Notes: a model not told the origin generated them from the letters alone. DNA of 63,286 bases, filler included, from Globobulimina sp. (GCA_003354225.1; 47 parts of 47 records of this genome joined end to end with filler, not necessarily neighbours in it); one strand, 5' to 3'; positions 12,149 to 25,123 are shown, numbered from the whole stretch's first letter. Numbers and translations: made by a program.

Positions 12149-13316
12149 GTTATCAGTATTCTCCAAATCATTTGTTGTTATATGTGCATCATCAGCAAAG
12201 GTCTCAGGCACTGTTACCGGAACTGGCATAGTCGCAGCGTCCACCACTGGCATAGTCACAGCGTCCACCACATTAACTGCAGTCTTACGTATTGGTGTAT
12301 CATTAGATACAGTTTGTGCGCCAAATCGTGATGCATTATGAGCCCGGTCATCATGCGAACGCTTCTGAAGAATGTCCGCAAATGCATTTAGTGCTTGGCT
12401 TTGTAACGGTGACGGTATCATAGCACGTTTATGATAGACAGCTCCTGTATAGGTATCAAAAGCCGCCACGGATAACAATTTCGTCCAATTCATAATCGGA
12501 TAGTCTTTCGGCCATAAATAAAAGCCGATATTATCGATAATAAAGCTATTCGTGAATGGAATACCCAAATGTTTAACATCGACGATATTACGAACCGGCC
12601 GGAAGGGATTCTTACTAATTTGTCGCCAGAATACCTCCATACGCGCATATCCAGCCTCATATTTATGCTCAGCCATATAATGCTGCACAATCATCGCCAC
12701 ATAATACAAATTGCCATTATCAATCAATTCACCTCTATGTGCGTACAGAGGGTTAAATTTAGCATAGTCATTAGTCACCGGATTGATCGGTGTATGTTTA
12801 AGAATATCAATGTTCAAAGCAGTACTTGGCATACTTTGCGCAAATAAATAATGTGCCGGTATGTGTGATTTATTTTTAATATATGTTCTATTAACTTTGC
12901 CATAGATTTGTGTCACGGTCCGCGCTCTCAGAACGTTGGGAGTGTCTCTTGCAATTAGTTGGTGGATTAGTTGGTGTTGGATGTAAATTATTCACCACCG
13001 GAATAGTACGAGAGTCAGTTGGCGCGGAGCCCGCTTTTGATGCATTAATTTTCGATGCAACAACGTATGATTTATTCAAATAGACCTCATTATTGCGCAT
13101 AGGTTGTTTTTGTCGCACGTTGTCAGTGCGGACTATCGGAGATGGGGCAGTAATAAACGAAGGCGATTGGACCCGTCGGAGAGCATTATCCGTGTCAAAA
13201 TTATTACGATGCGGCAAATTCTGATGAATGTGATGCAATTTCGAAGCCACAAACTGTTTACTTGGTGTCTTACGACGGCGGTCATTGCGTTGTCGTCTAC
13301 GCGGCAAATCTCTCAA
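12149..13316 (-). CDS. Unknown coding region in two overlapping frames (12891-13316 and 12149-12916)
   Basis: Long ORFs; 8-aa duplication VVDAVTMP/VVDAATMP; no family recognised. Confidence 0.35.
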
Positions 13317-13497
13317 AATTGCCGGATTACTTAATTGCTCATCTAAACCAATGTGATAATAAGTATCATTATGACAAAAACCATCATCTAATCCAGCNNN
13401 NNNNNNNNNNNNNNNNNNNNNNNNNNNNNNNNNNNNNNNNNTTAATTAATTAANNNNNNNNNNNNNNNNNNNNNNNNNNNNNNNNNNNNNNNNNNNN

Positions 13498-13914
13498 GTG
13501 GCGGTAGGGATTGCTTTCAATGTTGATTTCTTACCTTTTACTTTGCTATCATCATATTTTAGTCCTTGTTTCTTCGCTGCACCTTTTGCCCATTTACCAG
13601 CACCGGTATCTAATGTGGTATTGATACCGGAACGATAATCGGGAATACCTGCGCTTGTGCTGATACCTGCACCAGTAAAGGCGATAAAATGCTTGCTGGC
13701 TTTTATTAATTGAGCCAATTTTGTTGTTTTGCGGTCGATTTCTTCTGCAGAGTCAAAATATTCCTTGTTTGGGTACAGTATTCATTGCAATTCATAATTC
13801 ATGTGATATATGCCAATCCATCTCGGTTGCACATATATTTGATACATGCATGCTTCATTTTGTGAGTAGCAATGAATACTATACCTTCACTTCTGCTTCT
13901 TCGTGGTGAGCCAT
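13498..13914 (-). CDS. Sirtuin, SIRT6/7-like (class IV); exon 1 13914-13885, intron 13884-13764, 3' truncated
   Basis: Spliced MAHHEEAEVK/EYFDSAEEIDRKTTKLAQLIKASKHFIAFTGAGISTSAGIPDYRSG; 121-nt GT..AG intron keeps the frame. Confidence 0.92.
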
Positions 13915-13998
13915 TGTCAATAAACGTTAGGTTGGCACTTGCAAGTTTTGTCAGCAATGATTGTCGTGTTCAAGCAAAAAAAAAACGTTTTCGGTAAT

Positions 13999-14049
13999 AA
14001 ACGAACTCAAAACAAACAGAAACGAACTCAAAACAAACAGAAACGAACT
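13999..14049. repeat. 21-bp tandem repeat (2.4 copies) between the PARP-like gene and the sirtuin
   Basis: AAACGAACTCAAAACAAACAG twice plus a partial copy. Confidence 0.9.
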
Positions 14050-14139
14050 GTTGAAGCATAAGAATCGGTGAAAAAATCAATCCTAAACTATGCCAACTCC
14101 ATTCTGTCCATTGTCTTATCAATTTGATTTTAATATTTG

Positions 14140-14746
14140 TCAATGGCCTCTCTTTGCAATACGGACAATATACATCGGGTACGCTCTGATATCGTCATGA
14201 ATGACATACATTGTTGGAGTCCTAATCGAATTCACCAACGAATCATACAACTGGCCAGACGCATCATTTTTCACTGGCCATTTTGTCAGTTTATATTCAC
14301 TTAATCCTTGTTTGGATTCGCCACATAACACTTTACAATAAATCAACGACTTAAAATTATCCGCCCATTGATTTGCCTCCAGCGCAAAATACACCCCCTC
14401 ACCATATGGGCATTGAGGTGGAAAATATTCCTTCCTGTAACCTTGCATAGTAATCATTTTTATCATTTCTGCATCACCCCCATACCATAAATATTGCTCA
14501 TTCAGTCTTTTGTCACCGATCCGTTTCGACAAACTCTTCTTTGCTGTCTCATATTTATCCCACAAATACTTATTTTGCACAGACTCAATCCTATAGATTC
14601 TGTAGCTTTTTTTACATACACTCTGATAATATTTACTTTGAATTTGTTGTCCTATTTTCGAGTTAAGTTGAACAGCAATTAACTTTCCATTCGTATAATC
14701 TTCTTCGAGTGCTATCTCCTCCGAACTCTGATAATATAACTTTTTT
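14140..14746 (-). CDS. PARP/mono-ADP-ribosyltransferase catalytic-like domain (5' partial)
   Basis: RIESVQNKYLWDKY, NEQYLWYGG, YGEGVYFA, CKVLCG, YDSLVN, MYVI..D..AYPMYIV; frame open to the contig edge. Confidence 0.88.
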
Positions 14747-14957
14747 NNNNNNNNNNNNNNNNNNNNNNNNNNNNNNNNNNNNNNNNNNNNTTAATTAATT
14801 AANNNNNNNNNNNNNNNNNNNNNNNNNNNNNNNNNNNNNNNNNNNNAATGGATGGTTTTTTAGGTACATCAATTCAATACTCAGAGCAACAACTTTTATT
14901 ATTGGAGCAACAACACGCTGCAAATCTAGTTTCGTAAATTCTAAATTTCGCCAGAAA

Positions 14958-15923
14958 TTGTTTTCTTATTTTCTGCAAATTCAAATCCTATCACAACAAC
15001 AACAATTAACACAGGAACAAACAGTCAAAGATTTGCTAGAATCCGGTTTTTTGGATTCAGATTATGAATCCACCGAAACTGAGTGGGAATCCACAGAAAA
15101 TGAGTCAAGTGACTCAGAGGAAGAAATAAAAGAAAACATGACTTTATCAGAAGACGACCGGCCCTTTGAATTAGAAAATATGAGTATTTCGCCAAGAACA
15201 CCACCGTCGATATCACACTCACCTTCACCACTCACCGCAGCCTCGACTCACAGCAATCATAGCGTAGAACAGTTGGATTTGATTGAATTTGATTTTAAAT
15301 CCGTTCAGTGTTTATTAGAAGTGATATTAACTGACATCAAATCCTTATTCATTTTGTTTATTTTAATGATGGCATTGCCGCATATGATCGACAATGGACA
15401 TAGACATAAATCGAATATAATCGGTGGGGGCGGAACCTATGAATGTCCACATCATAGCCATGCGCAGTATTTGCGGCAAACCTCAATCTATTGGTTTTAT
15501 GAAACGTCACCTACGCAGACATCATATATCATGAATGAAGAGGAGGATGAACGCGATGAATATGATGATCAATCACAATGTATTAATAATAAATTGATAT
15601 TTGATATCATGACCACCACATTGGACCCGCATACAAAGAAAATATTTTCTGCAAAACTCACGCATCATTCCTTTCAAATTACGCCATGCCAAAATAGTGA
15701 GTTTGTAGCACCAGAAATGCCGAAATTATTTTTTTCTGTGGGAGGGTTAGCTGGGCTGAGAGTGAAATCGCCGCAGATGGTGCGTGTATTTAAGGACACT
15801 GTGATTGGGACACAATTTGCACGAACACACGGCTTAACTGCATTAATTATGTCGTTTGTAGGTATCGTCGCTTTTGCGGCGGCAAACACGAACACTGAAG
15901 CACAATTTGTAGAAATTATGTAA
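14958..15923 (+). CDS. Hypothetical protein with acidic/Ser-rich N-terminus and hydrophobic segments
   Basis: 321-codon ORF with two hydrophobic stretches. Confidence 0.55.
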   Translation: MFSYFLQIQILSQQQQLTQEQTVKDLLESGFLDSDYESTETEWESTENESSDSEEEIKENMTLSEDDRPFELENMSISPRTPPSISHSPSPLTAASTHSNHSVEQLDLIEFDFKSVQCLLEVILTDIKSLFILFILMMALPHMIDNGHRHKSNIIGGGGTYECPHHSHAQYLRQTSIYWFYETSPTQTSYIMNEEEDERDEYDDQSQCINNKLIFDIMTTTLDPHTKKIFSAKLTHHSFQITPCQNSEFVAPEMPKLFFSVGGLAGLRVKSPQMVRVFKDTVIGTQFARTHGLTALIMSFVGIVAFAAANTNTEAQFVEIM

Positions 15924-16195
15924 TACCCTTCGTTTTTTTTGTTTTTGTTTCTTATTTTTATCATAAATAATTTATATAATTTTTTTTGTTTAAATATCAA
16001 GTCATTGCCACTTGTCCGGTTTTTTGTTTTTTCTTTGTTAGTTTTGTTTTTATGTAATACAACGTGGCAATGCATTTTCGAAAATTATTATTAATNNNNN
16101 NNNNNNNNNNNNNNNNNNNNNNNNNNNNNNNNNNNNNNNTTAATTAATTAANNNNNNNNNNNNNNNNNNNNNNNNNNNNNNNNNNNNNNNNNNNN

Positions 16196-17444
16196 GCCAA
16201 CAGCAGCAAATGTTTGATCTTCTGTCAAATGACGCGAATGTTGGACATATTGGACGATTTCTGCTTCATCAAAGGCTATAAACGCTGTCGCATTGACGGC
16301 AATACAGCGGGACATGACAGGCAGTCGCAAATGGACGACTTCAATTCGACTGACCCGCCCAGCGATAAGTTCATATTTTTATTGAGTACTCGGGCGGGGG
16401 GATTGGGGATAAACTTAGTGGCGGCGGATGTGGTTATTTTCTATGATTCTGACTGGAATCCACAAATGGATTTGCAAGCACAGGATCGGGCACATCGGAT
16501 CGGACAAACTAAGCCGGTCAAGATCTTCCGCTTAGTTTGCAAGAATAGCATCGAAGAGAAGATATTGGAGCGAGCTCAGTTGAAGTTGAATTTGGACGAA
16601 TTAGTGATTCAAACTGCAGCTAAAATGAACAGTAAGAATAAGAAAAAAACTGTGTCGAAACTGGAAGTGTGCGCGATGATAAAGTATGGCATTTCGGAGC
16701 TGATTGCATTGAAAGAGAACGATAACACATTGTCGGAGATGAATGAGATGAGCATTGAGGAGATATTAAGTAAAGGCAAACAAGCATCGAATCGGTTGAA
16801 TGAATTGATGGCGAAACATGCGAGGAATAAATTTTCCATCAAATCGAGTGATTACTCATTGTTAGAAGATTGTAAGTTGGATAGCGATGTGTTCCGGACC
16901 TTGGCCAAGATCAAAAAGCAAAACCATAACCACACGAATAACATCATTGGCGGCCGCACCACAAACAACTCCTCCAATGGCTATCTGAAGAGTGAAATGG
17001 ATGACTTTGACAAGAAAATCAAAGCAATTAACAAGAAATCCAACTTAGAGCGCGTCCGCATAAACGACCTGGAAGTGCCAGAAAAGGCGCCCAAAATGGA
17101 TTACTTTCAGTTTTTCGATAAGGAATTGTTAGCGCCGTTGTTCGAGAAACAGTGGCTATGGTACAACAAATACAAAACCGTGGAACAGGACATCGTGGAA
17201 AAGGTGGGAAACTATGAACGGTATGGCTTGAATGCCTATGAGTACACTTTGAAAGAGTCGTTGCTGTCGCAGTCGTTCGGGGACTGGAATTATAAACATA
17301 TGTGGGCGTACGTCAAATGCTGCACTGAGTACGGCCGCGAAAACATTGACATGATCTGCCGCGCCTTGCCCATGAAGAGCAGGGATGAGATCATCCGATA
17401 CAGCCAGACCTTCTTCGAAAACGGCAAGAACGACGCGGAGATCA
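16196..17444 (+). CDS. ISWI: ISWI/SNF2-family chromatin-remodelling ATPase (helicase-C plus HAND/SANT, partial)
   Basis: [54 protein letters not shown] (HAND) and FGDW...YGRENI (SANT). Confidence 0.93.
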
Positions 17445-19008
17445 NNNNNNNNNNNNNNNNNNNNNNNNNNNNNNNNNNNNNNNNNNNNTTAATTAATTAA
17501 NNNNNNNNNNNNNNNNNNNNNNNNNNNNNNNNNNNNNNNNNNNNATCAAATTGTAATCGCTTCCACATTTTCAGTCTATTTTCATACTCAATAAGACGTT
17601 GCGATGGCTTTATTCCCCATATTAAAAACTTAAATATGGCATATTTATTAGTGACCCAATCATCATATAAATTAATTGTATGCGCAATTGTTTCTTCATC
17701 AATCTTCCAAACATTACATTCAATCTCTTGCATAAATTTTGTTGATATTTTAATTAAGCGCCAAAAATAAAAGCACGCAGTTTGTTCATTTATAATTCTT
17801 AACAATGGCGGAATTAATATCTTATTATAAATATCCGTCACTGCAATAATATTGTTTTCATGATACTTATTCTGTGGATGCAATATTTTATATCTCCAGT
17901 TATAATCAATGCAATTGATTGGTTGCAAAACATCGGCAAAACTAATCATAAAATAATATACATTGCATGGTTGATATTGGATAAATTGGTATTTTTATGG
18001 TTGAAAAGAAGCACATTGTACCTGCTGAATCGATCTGTGATGAGTTTATTAATTCTGCCATGTTGTAGGTTTATTTATTAGTTTGAGTAAGTTTTTAGTT
18101 TTTTTGACCATTACAAACGGACGAACAGGTTTTAATATATACAGAATAAACAAAAGTTGCAGATTATTTGTTAAAATGTCATTAAGTGGATCAGATTGGC
18201 AAAAGATTTTAGAATGTAAATTTGGAAACGTTGATACACGAAATAATAAATGGTATTCATTTGGTGGAAGTAAAGTTGATTGGCGAAACAATAAAGTTTA
18301 TAGATTATAAGATTAAATTAAATTAAATCAAAATGTAAATATGTAAATAATTTATGTTTGCGAATTTGCGTAATTTATAATACATATACAATGTTGGCTT
18401 TTTACAAAAGAACTTTAAAAGGTTTCTGTCTAACATGAAAGGATTTATGGACTAACGCTTTCAAAAAGTGACGATTTTTAAACTAAAATTAATTAAAACA
18501 TACAGTATATTATATATGATATCAGTTTGCTATCCCAATCCACGGAGTAGCATATGAATTGAGAGCATGTGTTTCCTTACCACTTGGCATAAATCGTTTA
18601 AACCGTACTTTATTTCTCATTTCTCTGCGTTTGACAGTATTATCAACAACATATCTTATAATCATATTTTTAATTTCTTCTGGAAACTTCATTGATTCAT
18701 TAAACCCAATATCCAAAATAATTGAATCTATTAACCGTCCACAATTTTCATAGTCATCAACATTAAAAAAGAAAGGATTCCAATCATTCCATGNNNNNNN
18801 NNNNNNNNNNNNNNNNNNNNNNNNNNNNNNNNNNNNNTTAATTAATTAANNNNNNNNNNNNNNNNNNNNNNNNNNNNNNNNNNNNNNNNNNNNGGTGTGA
18901 CGAGTAGAAACTAGCGATAGCCAAATACAATTCAATTTCAATTAGAATTTGCAATTCTCATTTCAATTGTTTTGTATCGTTAAAAAGGAGAGAGAATTAT
19001 AATAAAAT

Positions 19009-19804
19009 AATATAATAAATGTGTTTTTAAACAACTACCAATATACACCGTATAGATGGTAGAAATTTGCGACTGATATAGAGATTCAGACCACTGAGGT
19101 CGAGAGTATTTGAATCGTTGTGACGTTTCGGTCTAAACAATGACCTTTCGAACACTTTATGGTTTTGTAAATTAATTAGAAAAAACATTGAGCTTTACAC
19201 TAAGAAATAGACAAACACTCAAAATAGAAAAGGAAAGAAAATATGTAAACATAAATGGGTGATTCCGCAACAAAAAATAAAGCATAACAACATAAAAATA
19301 AATAATAAATCAACACAAGAAAAATAGAATTTAGTCAAGAGTCCAATTAGAAACACATAAAATGATAATATTAAATAGATAAATAAATAATAAATCCATC
19401 CATAATAATACCAGACAGAGGACGCAATATCGAATCTAAAATATATAAATATAGGTAAAAATAATTAGAATAATATCATATCATATCTCCATAATAATGT
19501 TTCATAATAAATCTGAACTATCCTTCGGAATAATAAAATTAAAATAAAATTAAAATATAATTATAAATGCTAAAGTTGCGACAGGATTCACCCAAAATAT
19601 GTGTTTATTTCTTCATTGAGTGGAGGTATAACAGTACAATAACCATAAAATTTAATGAATGACTCACCAAAATGTCTGGTTTTTAGCTTCTGCCTGAATA
19701 CTGTTGATCTCCTACAATGCGTAGGTCTTCGTCACATATGAAGAAAATATAATAAATGTGTTTTTAAACAACTACCAATATACACCGTATAGATGGTAGA
19801 AATT
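19009..19804. repeat. Perfect 59-bp direct repeat pair (19009-19067 and 19746-19804) containing a hairpin
   Basis: AATATAATAAATGTGTTTTTAAACAACTACCAATATACACCGTATAGATGGTAGAAATT twice; CTACCA/TGGTAG and TATAC/GTATA pair. Confidence 0.92.
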
Positions 19805-19884
19805 AACAAGTAACAAATGTCATATGGATTCATCTAAACAAATTCCCCATATATATTAAAAAATCAACATGGCCATGTAATTAA

Positions 19885-20142
19885 ATATCATCACAACAAA
19901 AAAATAATACTAAAATCATCACAACAAAAAAAAATACTAAAATCATCACAATAAAAAAAATACTAAAATCATCACAACAAAAAATAATACTAAAATCACA
20001 ACAACAAAAAATACTAAAATCATCACAACAAAAAAAATATTTATGAAAATACTAAAATACTATGAAACAAAAAATAATACTAAAATCATCCCATTCTAAC
20101 AACAAAAAAAATATTTATGAAAATACTAAAATACTCTGAAAC
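19885..20142. repeat. Minisatellite, about 28-bp unit
   Basis: AATACTAAAATCATCACAACAAAAAA repeated with variants. Confidence 0.9.
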
Positions 20143-20242
20143 NNNNNNNNNNNNNNNNNNNNNNNNNNNNNNNNNNNNNNNNNNNNTTAATTAATTAANN
20201 NNNNNNNNNNNNNNNNNNNNNNNNNNNNNNNNNNNNNNNNNN

Positions 20243-21254
20243 CATCTTCTTTCCATTCGAATATAACTGACCGAGGCGTTGATGGTTTCGATTTTTCATT
20301 TTGTTGGACTGGAGATAGTGTCGGTGATCGCTGACCAATCTTAGCCACTTGTTTTAAATCGTTTTTATTTTCAATTGTTTCGGATTCATCATTCGGTGCA
20401 TCCAATACAATGATACATAACCAATGCAAGCAACAACAAACGCTCTTTTTATACAATTTATTATGTATTGGATGCAGTAAAATTAATATAATTCCATTGA
20501 TAAATCCGTCGATGATGGAATAATTATAACCAAAAGGCAAATAATACGACAGTATAATTAATACACAACAGGAGAAGATAGAGAATGAGTATAATACAAA
20601 GTATTTAATCATGACATTATACAACTTATATGAGACTTGTTTGTCTTGCTGACTGGCTATTAATTTATACAATGGATATATGAATAAAATTAAATAATAA
20701 ACAGCTATAAATATTTCTAAAGATGCAGAAATAAGATAAAGTGTTGCTGAGTTGTATTTAATTAAACATCCGAGTTGTGGGTGATATTTGGTATCAATGT
20801 AATTCCAATTAATGTAACAAATGGATGGTATGGAATAGATTGCAATGAGAGCGTATAATATGTATAGATGTGAGGCACGTAAAGCAAACATTGTGTCTCC
20901 GTAAATAACCTGAATCCGGCGAACAAAAATTAAATACATTATACAACGGATTATTTTAAATATCAACAATGCATACTTTGGCAATGAATCACAGTCACTT
21001 TCACGCGATGCAAATACAAAATTAACTGAAACTAATATTGTATGTACTAATATGATAAATAAATCAATATATATCATTAAACGTATGTCAATGGATGTGT
21101 TTTCAGAGGCGTCTTCAGCGTCTTTCACCATTTGTTCAAGTACTTTTTTTATCATATCATATGTGATTGCAATTGTAAATATCAAAATGATGCAAACACA
21201 AAATATTCCACCACCGATTGTATATTCATCAAAAGTGATGCCATTCGTTGCCAT
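20243..21254 (-). CDS. 7TM GPCR-like membrane protein (nearly complete)
   Basis: Seven hydrophobic helices; FVRRIQVIY, LFIYPLYKL, KYFVL, DGFING; Cys-rich juxtamembrane tail. Confidence 0.75.
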
Positions 21255-21591
21255 TTTGATATTTATAAAGTTAGAGTAAAACTAGAGCTCACAGGGATGT
21301 TTCAGCAATCTGTGAGACTGGAATCGGACTCACGTCCTGATTGAATTTTAACGCATAACTAATCTGAATTCTGAAGTGCTTTTAATTTAAGAAACATAAC
21401 TAGCTAATGAGCAGCACAGGTAAATTTGCTATCATTTTTTGAAATTTATGCACAAATCTTTTTGATTTTTTAGTTTGAACAATAGCAACACNNNNNNNNN
21501 NNNNNNNNNNNNNNNNNNNNNNNNNNNNNNNNNNNTTAATTAATTAANNNNNNNNNNNNNNNNNNNNNNNNNNNNNNNNNNNNNNNNNNNN

Positions 21592-22840
21592 CAACTTTTG
21601 ATAAAAATCCGAATATATATACAGAGCAGCTAACGTATCTAATTTTGTATGTATCAGAACAAACAATCGGTTATAAAACCTATTATCGCGGCCATAAACC
21701 GTGGTGGAACAAGAAAATTAAACAACTAAAGAAAAAATGCAAACGACTAAGACGAAGACTGCAACGAATGAAGAAAAATGCGAAACGCCTAAGATTGGAT
21801 TTCCATAATTTCCCACGGTATAAGCGGGAGAAGATAAAATTAAACAAAGTCCAATCCCGAAAATATAGACAAATAACCATTGCAAAAGCAAAATATAATG
21901 ATAAAATAAATAGATACATCCAAACATGCAAAGATTATGGACGCAGATTCTGGCGTACCATAACCAATAATAAATCAAATCATATAGACACTAATAATAT
22001 TCCCCCACTAAACTTCAATGACCAAACCAATATAACGGACCCAAAGCGGCAGGCAAAGGCATTGCATGAGGCAATGACCAGACCGCCTAAACCTCCATCC
22101 AATCCAGTCCACGATGAATGGCACAAATATGTCGACAAATTTGTCCCAGAATATCTCACAAAACATCGCCAGAATCCGATACAAATATCAACCGACGATC
22201 ATAGCATTATAAATGATAAAATCAAACAAAAATCCCTCTCAAAAGTAAAATATCCATCGGATATTGACACTGACATAATAATGAATCCCCCAAATTACCA
22301 AACATTGAATTCCCCTGTCCTAAAATATGAAATATTGAAGTAGTTAAGCAGCTCGACACCCATAAAGCGTATGGACCGGATAGAGTCCATAACCAAATGC
22401 TCAAACACGGTGGTGATGCTTTGATAGATTGCCTTCTCCCTTTGTTCAATAGATGTATGACATTAGGCGTATTCCCTGGGTACTGGAATTTTGCCCATAT
22501 CCTTCCGATACCTAAGCCAAAGAAAGACCACAGTGACCCAAAGAACTACCGACCCATTGCAGTGCCTTCCTACAAACGCGTTTCACAAAAGTCATAGCTA
22601 AACAAGCAGAGTCAAATTTGGTAGCGCAACCAATCGGAGTCCCCCAGGGATCCGCTCTGTCTCCAATCCTATATATCCTCTTCACTAATGACTACCAATT
22701 AAATTATCCAAATATGTACACTTTGCATGCTTTGCTGACGATACGGCTTTTTGGACCAGCCCTGGCTCCAAAGATCCCGTCAGATATAAATTTCTTCAAA
22801 AAGAGATCCATCTCTTCAGTGATTGGTGTGATAGATGGCA
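21592..22840 (+). mobile_element. Degenerate non-LTR (LINE) retrotransposon ORF2/RT fragment
   Basis: KPWWN, KAYGPDRVHNQMLKH, PIPKPKKD..DPKNYRPI, GVPQGSALSPILY, FADD; frameshifts and an internal deletion. Confidence 0.92.
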
Positions 22841-23026
22841 NNNNNNNNNNNNNNNNNNNNNNNNNNNNNNNNNNNNNNNNNNNNTTAATTAATTAANNNN
22901 NNNNNNNNNNNNNNNNNNNNNNNNNNNNNNNNNNNNNNNNTATTAAAAGCTAGCAACATGTTAAATTTAAACAATATTATCGCGTTAAATCAATATTTTA
23001 AAAATATTAAACTGGCAGTTTCTAAT

Positions 23027-24104
23027 TAGCGACTTTCATGGCGCCACGTTGTGCGTCGATTAGAATATACTGAAATCGTGCAATTTTGTGCGCGGTTTTG
23101 TGTGGGTTCGAATTTTTTTCACTTGTGTTTTTTGGCGGTAAGTTGAGTGATTTTATTTGTTACTAATATTAAGTTTAGATACTATTTATTAAATATTGAG
23201 CGTTTTTTAAATTTTTTTTCGTAATTATTATTTACTTAGGGAGCGAACAAATTTGATTTTCAATTTTTTTGAAAAAAAACGAAAAAGTTTTTTCGACTTC
23301 ATACCTTTTTTTAAAGATGTTTGATAGGTTAATTAATTCCCAGAAGGAAAATCTTCTAGCGCTTTAATTGGTTATGCAATATCCAAGCGAAATTTGCAAT
23401 GTTGTAGCATAGGGAATTTTTGAAAATTTACGAAAAATCGATTTTTCTGAAAAAGTACGGAAAAGATTTTTCGACTTCATACTTTTTTTAAAACCTACGG
23501 TAATGCCCTACAACTCGAAAAAATTTCATTCAAATATCTTCCAAATTGGTTATGCAATCGGCTCCGAAATTTGGGTCGTCGGAGAAAAATAGACAAAAAT
23601 GTGCTCGTTTTAAATTTTTTTTGGGTGTTTAGTTCTTTTAATTGATTCGAAAAGACTTGAAAATCATTTAAAAACCTGTTTACATGTTATAAAGTCGTTT
23701 TCTTCCTATCGAAAAGGTCCAAAATCGATTTCGCATATTTCACTGAATTTTGGTTGAGAAACGTTTTTACCGATAAAACGGCTGAAAACTGATCCGTTGT
23801 TTGAAATATCCAAAAATTGCTTCCATTTTCGGTTTCAGCTCGACGAGACGAATCGATTGCATATCTTTCAATCAAATTTTGACCCATAAAAAATTTTGGC
23901 CCTGTGGAACGCCGTTTCTAAACCGCGCACTTTTTTGCCCATTTTCAGCGAAATGGACATCGTGACAAAATCCTTTCTAACTCAGCCATTTCTGAATATT
24001 TTTGGACAATTGTTTTTTTAAAATGATCCTCACGTTGAGATCTATCCAATGGTTCCATCGCCTGTATGAAATCATTAAAAAAATTATTCTCATGAAAGTC
24101 GCTA
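23027..24104. mobile_element. Non-coding element bounded by 14-bp perfect inverted repeats (MITE-like)
   Basis: TAGCGACTTTCATG at 23027-23040 and CATGAAAGTCGCTA at 24091-24104; internal duplicated blocks TTTTTCGACTTCATAC and AATTGGTTATGCAAT. Confidence 0.6.
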
Positions 24105-24289
24105 CCATTAATCGCTCTATTTTTGTGAGATGTCTATCTTAGTTTACTGTTGACCAATACTACGGTCCCGTCTAGAGGTGTAACCACGTNNNNNNNNNNN
24201 NNNNNNNNNNNNNNNNNNNNNNNNNNNNNNNNNTTAATTAATTAANNNNNNNNNNNNNNNNNNNNNNNNNNNNNNNNNNNNNNNNNNNN

Positions 24290-24801
24290 TTACTGGAAGT
24301 AAATATATTGATTACGCTGATGAAAAATAAGAAATTGACGTTGCTGACAATGTTGATGGAACATGCACACCTGACGATGGTGAGTGTGTTGCGCACTCCT
24401 TGGAGATGTTTCATATGCCAACGAATGACGGCGGTATGCACATGCCAATGAATGACGGCGGTCTTCATATGCCAAAGAATGACGGCGGTATGCATATGGT
24501 TGCTGACGAGACTGCTAATACGCAGACGGTGAATGGAGAAGTGACGGCAATGGGACCTGGACAGTGTGAAGGCGATGAGACCATTGTACAAAAGCATGCT
24601 GTCAAAGAATGGTTGGAGCAGAAAGTTAAATTGCCACAATATTATGATGCATTTATGGAGAATGGTTATGATTCGTTGGATATTATTGTCGTAATAGCAG
24701 AGGATACGCAATTGGCGGAGATTGGAATTTTGTTAAAAGGTCATAAGCTCAAAATAATGGCAGAAATTAAGATTTTAAAGGAAATGTATGTTAATTTATA
24801 A
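24290..24801 (+). CDS. SAM-domain protein, C-terminal part, with 9-aa HMPxNDGG repeats
   Basis: VKEWLEQKVKLPQYYDAFMENGYDSL...LAEIGI..KGHKLKIM; three 27-bp repeats; in-frame TAA at 24328. Confidence 0.85.
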
Positions 24802-25123
24802 AGATTAATATTAATTAGCTTTAATGTGAAAAAAAAAAAAATTTTGATCATGTGAATTTAATGTATTGTGTAAAATATACCAAAGCAAACAAAGTGAAAT
24901 TATTTGTATTTGACTAGCTTTGTTTTCATTTTAATATACAAATTTTTTCCGTATTTTGTGACTGTGTTTTGTTTGTTTGTTCGTTTGTTTCGTAGTGTTT
25001 TGAATGATTTGAATGATTGTTAGTGACATTTATTTACGTTTTGCAACATTTTAGAGCCATGTCACAATAGGATCTCAAAACTGTTTTTGAAGTGTTTTAG
25101 TGTAGGACATTCCCTATTATATA

